Assembly: GCA_951406725.2 (NCBI GenBank)
Contig: OX597823.1
Location: 103,974,001-104,038,000, forward strand
Direction of reading: 5' to 3'
From: Octopus vulgaris
Taxonomy: Eukaryota
DNA: 64,000 nucleotides
The notes under the pieces are model-generated. The model made no database searches. It was not told the origin of the DNA and saw only the letters and a list, made by a program, of their open reading frames with translations. This document shows positions 40,051-54,552 of this stretch, one piece after another. Made by a program: the position numbers and the translations under genes. Each line of letters begins with the position of its first letter. The first letter of the stretch is position 1.

Positions 40051-40645
40051 TAACAATAAAAATTAGAGATAATAATAACAATTGAATTATATGTAGTAAG
40101 TAATAATTAAATCGTAACATAACAATTAAAAGTAAAAATAGCAATTGGTATAAAATTGCATCAATGACTTGAACTGGAATAAGTGATTTCACATGAATGG
40201 GAATAAATTAAAAATAAAATTAATGTGCAGAAATGGAATAGTCCAGATGGAGCTGTGCACATACCCTTTACCACGGCTTTTACATTAGATTATCTGCGAA
40301 TTAGATAGCATTAAGTATCTATATGAAGTTTGGCTGTATGTAAGGTATGTTTTCTCGAACAGCCACTTCTACTGAGTACTGCTTTTTGATTCACCGTAAG
40401 GTTTGTTGTTATTATTATTACTGTTTAACTATTGTTATCACGTTTGTTGGTTCCTCGTAAGGGAAATGTTGTTATGTTGCATTTGTTAAATAATTGTAAA
40501 CCGTAACCCTCATCCTTTAGGAGAATGAGCTTTGGTTATTGTTTAAAAACTGAATTGTGTCCCTGTTGGGGGAAATTGACAATATTTTTACCGTTTATAC
40601 GGAAGCATTTTTGTTAAAATGCCTTCGATAGAAGAAAGTCCAAAA

Positions 40646-41140
40646 ATGAATTTTGCTGCAGCCGTTAGCGGGCGCGAATTCATTAAAATTAAAATGGAAG
40701 AAATACAAACCTATTTCGGATTGATCACCGACAAAGACGGTGAATCTAGGATAACACAACCAAACGAAATAAAAAATTAAATTAAAGAAAACACTATTGT
40801 CTATAAAGTATAAAATTTAGAGAAAAAAAAGATTTGAACACCTGGAGGAAAGCACCATCGAAAAGTGTCTTGGTGCGACTATGAAAGATATCTAACCAGA
40901 GACGCCACAATAGAAGCAAGTTTCGAGTCAACGGAGCGTGCAAGGGAGTACTCGACTCGAACCTTGCAAAGTGGAAATATTTTATTTTTACCTTTATATC
41001 TGGGACGTAGGACGTCCCGGATAAAAATTTTAAATGTCCCCCCCAGAAGTAGAGGTAAGCTGGATTGTAGCCACACTTCTATACAAGAGGGAGGACAAGA
41101 TACAATTCATCGAGATTGCAAGAGACGGGCCTACAATTCC
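40646..41140 (+). mobile_element. Degenerate L1/Tx1-type ORF1 5' fragment
   Basis: MNFAAAVSGREF..., then after stops and frameshifts ...LFLPLYLGRRTSRIKILNVPP/EVEVSWIVATLL. The FAAAV start and I.NVPP RRM-like motif resemble Tx1 ORF1. Confidence 0.5.
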
Positions 41141-41264
41141 AGTCTGTTATATATTTTAAGTATTGTTATCACTAGCGATATCAAGATATAACTTTGTATT
41201 TTGTATTTTATGTGTAGATGTATATATATAGATGTACATGTAATATATACACATATATACATGC

Positions 41265-41305
41265 ACTAGCACTACGACCCGGCAACGACGGGTCATAATG
41301 CTAGT
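41265..41305. mobile_element. Helitron-type 3' terminus (GC hairpin plus CTAG) in palindromic form
   Basis: ACTAGCACTACGACCCG-GCAACGA-CGGGTCATAATGCTAGT. Confidence 0.55.
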
Positions 41306-41350
41306 ATACATATATATATATATATATATACATGTGTGTGTGAATGTATG

Positions 41351-41384
<34 letters not shown>

Positions 41385-41887
41385 TGTATGCATCGATAGC
41401 TATATTCTAAATGCCAGAACACAACTAAGCAAATGAAGGCAATGGACAGATTTTATTAATCTAAACTCGGACACAGCAAATAGAAGATATTTTATTCCAT
41501 ACTAATAATACACGTTCGTTGCTAAGTAACGCCATGCGACTTGTGTATTTATTCTCAACTATCAATCAGCATACAAGATAACCATCATTATAAATAAGCG
41601 CTTCCTCTGCGGCGAGAAATTTCATCGATGACACTGCCATAATTATGACGGCTTAGATCAAATAGGTTGTTTGTGTTTTTCAGTATATTAATATTTATAT
41701 TAACCTTTCTTAGCAGAAGCATACGAGCATCAGAGAAAATGCCGCGAAGTTTTGTTCAGGCCTTTCGAATCTCACCGAAGTCAGTTTAGCATTTTAGCCT
41801 TCCGAGGTCGATTAAATAAAGTACTAGGGTCAATATAATCTGTAATTTTTTATTACCACCCGAGTTTTAAACTTTGTGCATATGAAG

Positions 41888-42310
41888 TGAGCTGGCAGAA
41901 TCGTTAGCACGCCGGGGGAAATTCTTAGCCGTATTTCCTCTGAGAGTGAGTTCTGAGTTCAAATTCCACCGAGGTCGACTTTGCCTTTCATCCTTTCGGA
42001 TAAGTACCAGTTACGCACTGGAGTCGATATAATCAACTTAATCCGTTTGTCTGTCCTTGTTTGTCCCCTCTGTGTGTAGCCCCTTGTGGGCAGTAAAGAA
42101 ATAAGAATGGTTCGCGCGTCGGGGAGAAAAAAGGGTTAGTAGCGTTTCTTTCCGCTCTTTATCCTTAGGAGTTCAAATTCCGCTGAGGCCGACTTTGCCT
42201 TTCATCACTCTAGAGTCGATGAAATAACTACCAGTTGAACAGTGAGGTCGATATAATCGACTCTATTCCTCCCGCAAAATTTCAGATCTTGTGCTTATTG
42301 TTAAAAGGGT
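41888..42310 (+). mobile_element. Tandem SINE family A copies
   Basis: Two consecutive GAGTTCAAATTCC...GACTTTGCCTTTCATC units. Confidence 0.8.
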
Positions 42311-42847
42311 TATTATCAATATTATTGATTCTATACACTTCGGATTCTACGGTGAGCATTCAGATGTTCGATCAACTGAACTACCTAATTGTTAAACTAA
42401 TATATAAGCGGCTGTGTATTTCACAGACTTATCATAATTCTCCAGCTGAATCTGCATGGCACAATATTTGACAAGGCTGGGTGGTTCTTTGAATTACAGT
42501 TACAGTCCATTCGAGGGTATTCTACACACTTTCTGTCTTGTCAACCCGACTTCACTCACAGAGCTTGACTCAGTCAGCAGCATTTGTAAAAGACACTTGC
42601 TTAAGATGCTGCTCAGTGCAATCAAACCCGTGACTTCATGATTATCAAGCAAGCATTTTATTCACTTGACTATGCCTGCGTCCTCCATAATTGTAATATT
42701 TCAGTAAATTTACAAGCTATACATTTCTAAACCTTATTAAATTTTAACTTCTTAACAACCTCTCTGTTATATCAATTTTCTAAATATGCCCACGATTTTC
42801 TTTTTCCCTAAAAGCAAGATAGTATTTCTACAAAACAATAAAACATA

Positions 42848-43005
42848 GAAGTGGCGGTGTGATAAGTTGGTTGCTTAGGAACCACATGGTTTCAGATTCA
42901 TTCTCACTACATGGCACCTTGGGCATTTATTATAGCCTCGGGCCGACCAAAGCCTTGTAAGTGGATTTAGTAGACGGAAACTGAAAGAAGCCCGTCGTAT
43001 ATATG

Positions 43006-43074
<69 letters not shown>

Positions 43075-43293
43075 GTGTGTATGTTTGTGTGTATATGTTT
43101 GTCCCCCAGCATCGCTTGACAACCGATGCTGGTATGTTTACGTCTCCGTAACTTAGCGGTTTGGCAAAAGAGACCGATAGAATAAGTACTAGTCTTACGA
43201 AGAATAAGTCCTGGAGTCGATTTGCTCGACTAAAAGCGTTGCTCCAGCATGGCCACAGTCACATAGCTGAAACAAGTAAAAGAGTAAAAGAGT
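42848..43293 (+). mobile_element. SINE family B with internal (TG)n
   Basis: GCCTCGGGCCGACCAAAGCCTTG...CTCCAGCATGGCCACAGTC...GAAACAAGTAAAAGAGTAAAAGAG. Confidence 0.85.
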
Positions 43294-43466
43294 ATATATG
43301 TAGATAATTCATTAACCCTGAAGCATTGAAAGGTAAATTTAATCTTGATTGGATTTACTCAGAGTGTAAATTCGTGAACAAATACTGCGAGGTAACTTTT
43401 ACGACTCTCCGGTGATTTTGCCACGTCTCCACCTCAAGTTCTCCTTAGAACAGTTATCAACTAACT

Positions 43467-43670
43467 GGCACTCCGTCGGTTACGACGACGAGAATTCCAG
43501 TTGGCCCGATCAACGGAACAGCCTGCTCCTGAAATTAATGTGCAAGTGGCTGAACACTCCACAGTCACGTGTATCCTTAACATAGTACTCGGAAGATTCA
43601 GCGTGGAACGGTGTGATAAGGCTGTCCCTTTGAAATACAGGTACTGCTCATTGTTGCCAGCTGAGTGCAC
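43467..43670 (-). mobile_element. SINE 3' portion with the family C tail on a family-E-like body
   Basis: Minus strand: CACTCAGCTGGCAACAATGAGCAGTACCTGTATTTCAAAGGG...CTCGTCGTCGTAACCGACGGAGTGCC. Confidence 0.7.
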
Positions 43671-44424
43671 TGAACAGTTATTATTATAGGCAAAAAGTGA
43701 GGAATTTGGGCGAGAGGGCTGGTCGCTTATATCGATCCCTGAACTTGACCAGTATTTTATTTTGCCGACCCTAGATGGATGAAAGATAAATTTGACCACA
43801 GGTGGATTTGAATTCAGAACCTACAGCGCCAGGACAAATACCACAGTGTATTTTGTATGAGACCATTGAGATTTTAAAACTCATTTGCATATTCTTACAG
43901 TTTATAGTCAGAACTTAATTTTCTTCCTGGCAATAAAAAATTCACAAGCATCACCTACTTATGCATTAGCAAAGTATTTTAATAATCCTGGAAAATCAAT
44001 ATTCACACTGGATGTAAACACAATTATACAGTAGTTAACAACAAAGACATTTCATTAATTACAAACTATCAAAAATTTTAATTTCCTAATCAGTAAAAAT
44101 AACCCTTACCTCTAACAGCGCCCCTTCCTTATACCCTCATCATCCAGCGTACACAGATTCCAGTACATAATTCGCTTTGTTACATCGGCATCTTCCTCAT
44201 TTTCCCGATCAGTTATTTTTCTCTTCCTTCCTTCTCATTAAACGCTTATAAATGTAACCTATCTTACATTCTTATACAATTTGTCAAACATTTACATCAG
44301 TGTTTCTGTGTTCATCATTTTTGCCTATAGAACACTGATTCCTATTTTACTCGAATAGATCTTCCTAGCCATTCAATGTTTAAAACATCATACATTCTTA
44401 TAGAAATTGTATAAAAAAAAAATT

Positions 44425-44590
44425 TTACCTTAGGAATGAGAACCCAGGTTCGAAATTTCCCCAAGACACCTGATAAAAGCTTGGGTGTATATCAGCCGAA
44501 ACGTGTTAACAACAAATAAGATGAGGACAAATATCCGTCAAATGTAAATAATGTGCATAATTCCTCATCTCTTAAATATAGAACTGTATC
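44425..44590 (+). mobile_element. Penelope-like pLTR fragment with a decayed hammerhead
   Basis: ACAC-CTGATAA-AAGCTTGGGTGTATATCAGCC-GAAACGTGT; the core G8 is mutated. Confidence 0.45.
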
Positions 44591-45801
44591 ATTTTTTTTT
44601 GTATCGCAGAAGTATAACCAGTTTATTGCATATAAATTTTAACAACATAATCGTGTATGGATCCCAGTTGAGAACCTCTGGTCTACATAAATCCTATAGG
44701 CTCATAAGGCTGAAGATTATCGACTTTTTCAAAACATTTGAACTGAGACTACAAGACTCTCCTCCGAACAGTTCGTTGTGGGGTAGACATTAACGTGCCG
44801 CTGGTAATTATTTTCAGTTATAATGTACCTACTTCTGTACTTGTTTTTAGTTAAAATGTACTCACTTTTGTATTCGTTTTTAGTAATAATGCACCCAATT
44901 CAGTACTTATTTCCACTTGTAATGTATTAATTTTCAATAATCATTTTGGGTGTACTAGTTTAACAGTACACACTAAATTCCCAGTTCGAAAATCGAACCC
45001 ATGACCAAAAGATTCAGGAGTCCAACAGCCTTTACCGTGACGCCAAGTGCCTCCACTTTGAATGAAACTGCTTCAGACGAAATTTGAAAGTCATTATCAC
45101 CTTTATTTTTTCAGAAAACAATAAATTTCTAATTCTCACATGATTTTTTAAGTCCTTTCCCAGTTAATACTTTGTTTTTATATAGTTTAAAATATGTTAA
45201 ACATATGTTAAACATATGCTAAAACAACTTTTTCATTTATGCGCAGTACCAGGGGTTGAAATGTAGATGCTTAAGATGGTGGAGCGAATCTGGGCTGAGT
45301 GGAATAATGAATCTTTAATGTTTATAACTTCATGGCTTAGTAAACTTGTATTTCAAAATAAGTATTTCGGTCTTTAGGAGGAATTTGAGCTGCCATAAAC
45401 GTTGAAGGTCGAAAAATGAAATGCCTTGCGGTATATTCTGGCTCTTTGTATTCTGAGTTCAGATGTCGCTGAGATTAACCTACCTTCCTTCCACTCAGGG
45501 CCCGATAAAATAAAGTACCAGACAAATATGGAAGTCGATAGTACAGACTAACCCCTGTCTCTCAAAATTCTTGGTTTTGTGCCTATATCGGAAATAGTTC
45601 TCCTGCACAAGTGAGAGAAGGAAACATTGGTTGTGTTATTTCTTCCAACTTTTTACCTTCCGAGTTCAAATTCTGTTGAGGTCAACTTTACCTTTCAACT
45701 TTTTGGGGTCGATAAAATAAGTACCAGCCAAGTACTGAGGTCAATGTAATCGACTACCACCTCTCCCCAAGTTTTCAAACCTTGTACTTATGTTAGAAAG
45801 G

Positions 45802-45851
<50 letters not shown>

Positions 45852-45864
45852 CATTATTATTATT

Positions 45865-46711
<847 letters not shown>

Positions 46712-47180
46712 GAGTGAGAGAGCAGTGCATGCCATCAAGGTGACAGTGGGGTAAAATATACGAAGCCCAGTATACCCATCATGACTACCCGTCTGATAAG
46801 GGTTACACTAGGCACATGCATCACAACCATATGTGCGCGTCATGGTGATCTCATATCAAGATAAACAGCACATGACCTTGCAGGTGGGGCCAAGTTAGAG
46901 TTTTCTTCAGGTCGATTAGCTCATCCCGCACAAAGGATCCCTGAATAAGAGTTGTTTAAGAATGTTGAGCAAAACACCCATGTTTCCAAAGGTGAATTAT
47001 CCAAACCCTAAAGAATTCCTTTCAACACTTTTGCTCGTAATCAGAGATGCACATATCGTCAGCCACGAAGGGACATGCTCCACTAACAAGCAAATATGTG
47101 GTATTGAGCAGAATATTTGCTGTAGCCCATCTTTTATACCAAGACAAAACAATGTACATGATAATACTTCCAATCAGTTT
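46712..47180 (-). mobile_element. Family X (AAT)n-associated retroelement 3' region, longer copy
   Basis: 46712-46930 is the reverse complement of 33737-33955; ATT repeats lie on both sides. Confidence 0.75.
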
Positions 47181-47280
47181 TTATTATTATTATTGTTGTT
47201 GTTGTGGTGGTGGTGTTATTATTATTATTATTATTATTTTATCATTACTATTATTATTATTATTATTGTTGTTGTTGTTG

Positions 47281-47315
<35 letters not shown>

Positions 47316-47649
47316 GTTATTATTATTATTATTATTATAAAGGCGACGAGTTGGCAAAATAGTTAGCGCCTCAGACAAAATGCTTCATTTCTGTTGGTCC
47401 ACCCAGGTCGACTTTGCCATATATCCTTTTGAGGGTCGATAATATAAGTCCCCAAACTTTCAGGCTCTGTAACTATAGTATAAAAGATTATTTATTTATT
47501 TGTTGCCGTATGAGTTCTTAGAAACTTCACTACTGGGATGTCTGAAATGAGAATGTAACTGATATTTTGCCGTTTTAGAAAGGTTCTTCACTCTTACTCT
47601 ATGCGATTTCTGAATGTGCTAGATGTAACAGCTATCTTTCCTTTAAAAT

Positions 47650-47925
47650 CAACGGTCCCCAAACGTCTTTGCGCAAGGGCCGGTTTCATGCATGACAATT
47701 TTCTCACAGTCCAGGGAACCCTGCTCGTAACAAAACACCATAAAGTACATAATACATAATTTAATTATTACATATATAATAGGTATATAATGCAAAGATA
47801 CCCTGCAGACTGTGATAGGCCATAAAATAGAAATGAAATTTTAAAAGTTATTCTCTTTGTGCGACCCGGTACAAAATGATCCACGGCTCCACACTTCTCC
47901 TTGGTCCGGTGCTTGGGGGTCCCTA
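47650..47925. mobile_element. hAT (Charlie-like) MITE
   Basis: Termini CAACGGTCCCCAA ... TTGGGGGTCCCTA, with imperfect 8-bp flanks TTTAAAAT and TTTTGAAT. Confidence 0.6.
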
Positions 47926-48156
47926 TTTTGAATCACATTTTACCATCATAAAAAGAGGAGAAGGAGAGTTAGAGAGTAGCAGAAAGATAAAAAGAAAGAG
48001 AGAGAGAGGGGGGAGAGAGAGAACACCTAGATATGCATGAGACGATATTGTCAATAAAGTTACCATATCAACACATCACATTATGTATTTTACATAACAA
48101 TCACCAACAAACCTCTGTAACATCTGTTGAACAACTGTAAACATCTAGAACGTCGT

Positions 48157-48178
48157 CACCACCACCACCACCACCACC

Positions 48179-48210
<32 letters not shown>

Positions 48211-48244
48211 CACTACTACTACTACTACCACTACTACTACAACA

Positions 48245-48314
<70 letters not shown>

Positions 48315-49073
48315 ACCTCCTCCTCCTCCTCCTCGTCATCGGTCATCACCATCATTATCAGTACTACCATCTCAGCTACCACTCTCAGCACCACTGCTAT
48401 GATGACCAACGCTATTACTACCTTCAGTATATAAGTGCCAGCATTACGTTCAAACGCCGCCGCCGCCACCACCATCACCATCACCATCACCACCACCACC
48501 ACCACCACCACCATCACCATCACCATCACCACCACCACCACCACCGCCACCACCACCGCCACCACCACTATCATTAACATTATAAACATCACCATCATAA
48601 ACATAACTACCACCACCACCATCACCACCACCACCACAGCTACTGCCATCTCTCTCATCACCACTACAGTCACTACCACCTTAACTATCACAGCCTCCGC
48701 CATCAGTACTAGTATGGCCAATATTACCACAACTACAACTACCACGACAACCACCACTACTCCCACTGCCACCATCTTCATCAGCGTTTTACTAACAGCA
48801 TATATCAACTATATTAGCAGCACTATCGTCATTGCCAGCAGTGATAGTATCGGCAATAACAACAGCTGCAGTCAATGTAATGCAGGTAGCAACAGCAACA
48901 ACTACAGCAGTAACTGCACCAGCCACAAGAGCAGCAGCAGCAGCAGCAGCAGCAGTTACTACACCGGAAGCGACTATAGTAGTAATAGCGCAATCTCAAT
49001 CACCACCAGCATTACGGCTAAACATTATCACCTCTAACGCAAACATTATCGTCATCATAAACATTATCATCAT

Positions 49074-49105
<32 letters not shown>

Positions 49106-49160
49106 GGGGCAGTAACTGTAGCATCGCCACCGTCATCATCAAGAGTCATCATTATCATCA

Positions 49161-49193
<33 letters not shown>

Positions 49194-49228
49194 TCAGCAG
49201 CATCATCATCATCATCATCACCACCACC

Positions 49229-49262
<34 letters not shown>

Positions 49263-49424
49263 TCATCATCATATCAGCAGCAACAGCATCAGCAGTAGAC
49301 GTAGTAGTAGTAGCAGCAGTACCAAAGGCAGCAAAACCAGCAGCAGCACCACCACCACCACCACCTTCAACATAATAATCAACTTCACTGCTTTTGCGCC
49401 ACCACCGTCGTCGTCATCATCATC

Positions 49425-49455
<31 letters not shown>

Positions 49456-51291
49456 TTGTCACTGTTGTCGTCTTCGTCTTCGTCGTCGTCATCATCATCC
49501 TCACCATTATCATCATCACCAACGTCACCACAAAGACAATACACATCACATGAAGTAAAAACAACCACCACCACTACTAACAGCAACCACGATAAGAATA
49601 ATAATGGTTTCAAATTCTGGCACAAGGCCGGCAATTTCGGGTAAGATTATATCAACTCCAGGGTTCAGTTGGTACTTATTTTATCGACCCCAAAAAGGAT
49701 AAAAAGCAAAGTCGACCTGGCCAGAATTTGAACTCACCACGTGAAGTCGGACGAAATACCTCTAAGTGTTTTGATCGGCCTGCTAACCATTCCGTGAGCT
49801 CGCCACCTTAACAACAACAACAACCACAACAACAATCCTCTCTGCTTAAGGCACAAGGCCTGAAATTACAGGGGAGATGGCTAGTCGATTACATCAACCC
49901 CAGTGGTTCATTCATACTTAGTTTATCGACTCCGAAAGGAGGAAAGGCAAAGTCGACCTCAATTGAAATTGAAATCAGAACGTAAATGATCCTTTCTACT
50001 AGAAGTACACGGTTTGAAATTTAGGTGGAGGGGTCATGACTGGACGATTACATCGACCCTAGTGTTTCACCGCTATTTAATTTAACGACACCGATAGGAT
50101 GAACGGCAAAGTTGATCTGGGCTGAATTTGGACTCAGAACGTAGCGATGGGCGAAATACCGCTAAGTATTTCGTCCAGTGTGTGTAACTGGTACTTATTT
50201 CATCGACCCCGAAAGGATGAAAAGCAAAGTCGACCCCGGCGGCATTTGAACTCATAACGTAAAGACGGATGAAATGCAGCTAAGCATTTTGTCCGGCGTG
50301 CTAACGATTCTGCCAGCTCACTCTTCAATCTTTACCATTTCACGCACACTGTTACCCAGGCAACAACAATAACAACTACAGCATTCCGCTACCACTTCCT
50401 TGAATAATAAGCATCACTACATCCCTATCACCACAGACACTACCACCATAACAACTACTACTACAATCAAACGAGACTATAAAACACCACCACACAAACA
50501 CTATTACCGCTACAAGTAAAATAACGACATTTATACTACGACCTTAATTGCTATCAACGATACAACTGGTACTAAGTCCGCCACTACAACGAACAACACT
50601 ACGAACACCACCACAACTACCGCTACCTCTAACACAACAGCCGTAACCAACAATGCTACTAACACCACTAATGGCATTACCACTACCACTACCAATACTA
50701 ACACTTCTACCACTAGCTACAATAAAGACGTTGCCATCATGACCACCACTACCGACAACAACAACGACGATAGTAACAACTACTACAACAACGCTACTAC
50801 AAATAACACCACCACAACAAACAGCACAACTGCCAACAAAAATAACAACATTACTACAACCATGACCACAACCATTACAGATGATAACAACAGTATCATA
50901 TTCATACTACAACCACTACCGTTACCATTTACAACACTACTACCACTACTATCACTACTAGTAACAGCATTACCGTAGACAGTACACGTTCCCCCATCAG
51001 CCGCCATCTCCACCACCACAACCACAATCCCCAATACCACGGCCACCACCGCCGGCCACTGCGTCCACCGCCACCATTCAGCGTGTGTAGAAGAGTGAAC
51101 AACAGCTGCGACCTAAGAAACAGTTAAAACATTTGCAGGCAGAGGTGTTCATTACTGAACTATGAAATCAATAACAGCTGGAATGGGAACCAATCAGAAC
51201 GCAGAGATTATAATACTAGAGTAGAAGACCTTCACCTTCACACACATATTTACAGAGAACTTAATTGACACCTCCCACACACACACATAGT

Positions 51292-51347
<56 letters not shown>

Positions 51348-51450
51348 GTAGTAGTAGTTTGCATCATCAGCAGCAGTATCAACAACAGCGGTATCAATGG
51401 TAGAAGTAGTAGTAGCATCATCGTCATCATCATCATCAGCAGCAGCAGCA
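48157..51450. repeat. Extended compound trinucleotide low-complexity region (CAC/TAC/CAT/CAG/AAC) with embedded SINEs
   Basis: Shifting triplet repeats generate all the long low-complexity ORFs here. Confidence 0.9.
49615..50320 (-). mobile_element. Cluster of about four family A SINE copies or fragments in the same orientation
   Basis: Repeated ATCGACCCC(G)AAAGGATGAAAGGCAAAGTCGACC-type units. Confidence 0.8.
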
Positions 51451-51479
51451 GTAATAATTATTTAAAATTTTTTTCCACG

Positions 51480-51846
51480 GGGCAGGTGGGGATGAGTCGA
51501 TTACATCGACCTCATTGTTCAACTGGTACTTATTTTATCGATTCCGCGAGGACGAAAGGCAAAGTCGACCTCGGCGGAATTTGAACTCAGAACGTTGCAA
51601 CGGGCGAAATACCTATTTCTTTACTACCCACAATGGGCTAAACACAGAGAGGACAAACAAGGACAGACAAACGGATTAAGTCGATTATATCGACTCCAGT
51701 GCGTAACTGGTACTTATTCAATCGACCCCGAAAGGATGAAAGGCAAAGTCGACCTCGGCGGAATTTGAACTCAGAACGTAGCGGCAGAGGAAATAAGGCT
51801 AAGCATTTCGCCCGGCGTGCTAACGATTCTGCCAGCTCGTCACCTT
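51480..51846 (-). mobile_element. Dimeric SINE family A
   Basis: A full monomer (51846-51612) is followed by a second monomer starting at GTATTTCG. Confidence 0.85.
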
Positions 51847-52239
51847 AGAAGTAGTAGTATTAATAATAATACACGTGTTTCCATTTTAGGACGTGTCAAA
51901 AGTTAGCCTTTTTTCCGTTTTATTTGTTCATTACAGAAATGATGTTGTCGGTCGTAACTCCAAGTAAATTAGAAATTTTCATAATTATTAGTTGGACACT
52001 TTTTGAGTCGGGACGGATTCTCTAAGTTCTTGTGGGGTTTATTCCTTATACATATGTGTGCGTATACATATATTTACATATATACACACATATACACACA
52101 CTGACATATTAGTTTGCTTTATGTATAGTTATAAATGCAAAAATCAAGGTTTAATATATATATATATATCTGTATAATCATGTATGTATAAACATACAGA
52201 TGAGCACATAAATGCATACATATATACATACAGGGTTAT

Positions 52240-52515
52240 GTGTGTACATGCACTTATAGCAACGTCATTTACTACATCACCTGCTCTATCTGCCCTTCTC
52301 ATTACATCGGTCAAACGGGACGCCGCTTGGCTGACATTAGACTCAGCAACGACACTCCGGTCTCGCGCCATTTCCGCTCTACAGGTCATTCATTACAACA
52401 CCTGTCTGTGTTTGGATTATCCTTGCACATGAGCCATCCGGACTCCCGCCTTCGCCATGAACAGGAATTAAACCTCACTCTTCCCTCCTTTGCGCGCGAC
52501 ATGGGCTCAACTCTC
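52240..52515 (+). mobile_element. Penelope-like element GIY-YIG endonuclease C-terminal fragment
   Basis: CTYSNVIYYITCSICPSHYIGQTGRRLAD-IRLSNDTPVSRHFRSTGHS...RLRHEQEL: VIY..YIG motif with CxxC and His residues. Confidence 0.85.
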
Positions 52516-52607
52516 CTCACCTCTTCATCTGACTCCTTTCTTCTCCCTTCATCGTTACCTCCTCCATCCACACAACACCCCTACACATCCCACCCCACTA
52601 CCCCACC

Positions 52608-52876
52608 CCAAAGCCTTGTGAGTGGATTTGGTAGACGGAAACTTAAGAAGCCCCTCGTATATATATGTATTTGTGTGTCTGTTTTTCCCCACCATCGCTT
52701 GACAACCGATATTGTGGTGTTTACGTAACCGTAACTTATCAATTCGGCAAAAGACACACATGCAATAAGTACCAGACTTACAAAGAATAAGTCCTGGGGT
52801 CGATTTGTTCGACTAAAGGCGGCGCTCTAGCATGGCCGCAGTCAAAATGACTGAAACAAGTAAAAGAATAAAAGAG
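52608..52876 (+). mobile_element. SINE family B, 3' two-thirds
   Basis: CAAAGCCTTGTGAGTGGATTTGGTAGACGGAAAC...GCAGTCAAAATGACTGAAACAAGTAAAAGA. Confidence 0.85.
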
Positions 52877-53135
52877 TCCTGTTATTTGTATTTGTGTAAG
52901 ATTCTCCATTTTTATTCCGTCTTTGTTTTCGTATACATTCGGTGATTTCTTCCAAGGAGACTAATGCTCTTAGCTTAGTTTTTCCTTGGGACTGGCCATA
53001 TTGGAGCAATCTCAAGTATAACCAGCCGAAGTTGCAAAGATAATCTGGAAGTCGACTGAGGAAAGAAAACTCCGAATGACCCGTCCTTGTTTTCTTTGTA
53101 TCATCTATCTGGATGTTTTGTTGTCCCATTTTGTA

Positions 53136-53215
<80 letters not shown>

Positions 53216-53239
53216 AATATAAATATCTATATATAGTGT

Positions 53240-54400
53240 AATTTTCACTTGTTGATAGGATCAGCCAAAAGGTATTCAAATGCAGTGAGAGCTAAATATC
53301 ATTTTAATAAGGATAGTTGTACGTGAGCTACTTCAAGTTTCAAAGTCATATAGGGCAGGAATCAGACAGATTTGTATGGGGTACCAATCTCGTTGGAGCA
53401 GTCATTAGGGCTCAAATAGCATGGCTACTCTGTGAGGAAATGTGTACATATATGACCGGTGTGTTGTTAAAATATCTTTATAAAATACAGCACCCATTTT
53501 CGAGGGTAGTAACAACGCAAGAATCGAATAAAAAGGTGGGGGAATCTTTAGAATTGTATGAGGGCCTCATTAATAACCAATTAACCACTAAAGAATACTG
53601 GGTCATTGGAATAATTAGGTATAATATCAATATTTATTCATTTGCAAAACGAAAAAAGCATAGGGTCTGTATTTCATCCATCAGACCACTAATGGAGGGA
53701 AGCATTTTTTTTCTAAATGATTCTAAAGAAATGGAGATTCTTCAGAAGAAACGTTGCTCGGTTTTCAGTTATTCTGATGCGGTCGACGTGGGTAATATTG
53801 ATGAAGTAAACCTTGAGCATATCCTCCGTGTATCTTTCAGCACTGTGAACATGCATTGCAGCGATTTCAAAAATGGAACTCAGTTTAGCACAGACCCTGA
53901 ATAATTCCTCACCTGTTTCCTGGAGGAATGCAGATATCAAGTTGCTGCTCCTCCTGCTAGCCTCTGAAGGAAATCACTGAACTAAGGTTTCAAACCTGAA
54001 CATTTCTCTCCTAGTCTGTCATGTTAATTTTTCAAGAGATAATTTATTTACTTGCTGCGAACTGCCGTCCAATCTCACTAACCTCGCACATAGTTAAACA
54101 TTGACAGAAAGTGATTAAAAAAATGCTCTCCTACAGAGAAATCTCCTCCAAGACCGCAATCAGCACAATTTTCATAATAGCAGAGATTTCTTCTATACCA
54201 CTTTAATATTTTAATTCTTAGGGAGAGAGTTCCGACACAGATGTCATTTATCTTGTACCCAGAGAAATTTTCGAGAGTCGACCACAACATTCTGCTGAAC
54301 AAACTATCCAGAATTGGAATTCGTGAGAAGCTTCTGCAGAGGATTAACATAACACCATGTGATCGAAAGAATTCACTTGAAGACCAACAAAAGTCATCAG
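53240..54400 (+). mobile_element. Degenerate CR1-type LINE ORF2 fragment (linker and start of RT)
   Basis: YSFAKRK...IRPL...NDSKEMEILQK..SVFS, then NCRPISLTSHIVK (~54058-54100), then DVIYL and RVDHNILLNKLSRIGIREKLL (~54240-54340). Confidence 0.8.
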
Positions 54401-54449
54401 TGCTGTTTCTCGCGGTACAGTATCGGGCATATATATATGTATGTATATA

Positions 54450-54534
<85 letters not shown>

Positions 54535-54552
54535 GTGTGTGTGTGTGTGTAT

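Noticed and set aside
48101-49644. 200-270 aa ORFs with poly-T, poly-H and poly-S (mucin-like or His-rich appearance)
   Set aside because: Compound triplet repeats, open in multiple frames on both strands, with no unique domain or splice support.
49615-50320. Regularly recurring ~35-bp motif resembling a CRISPR array
   Set aside because: These are conserved cores of adjacent SINE copies in eukaryotic DNA; spacing is irregular and there are no cas genes.
51185-51205. CCAATCAG box
   Set aside because: An isolated short motif with no other promoter evidence.
53050-53090. CTGAGGA...CGAA motif in a repeat fragment
   Set aside because: GAAA and the stems are incomplete.
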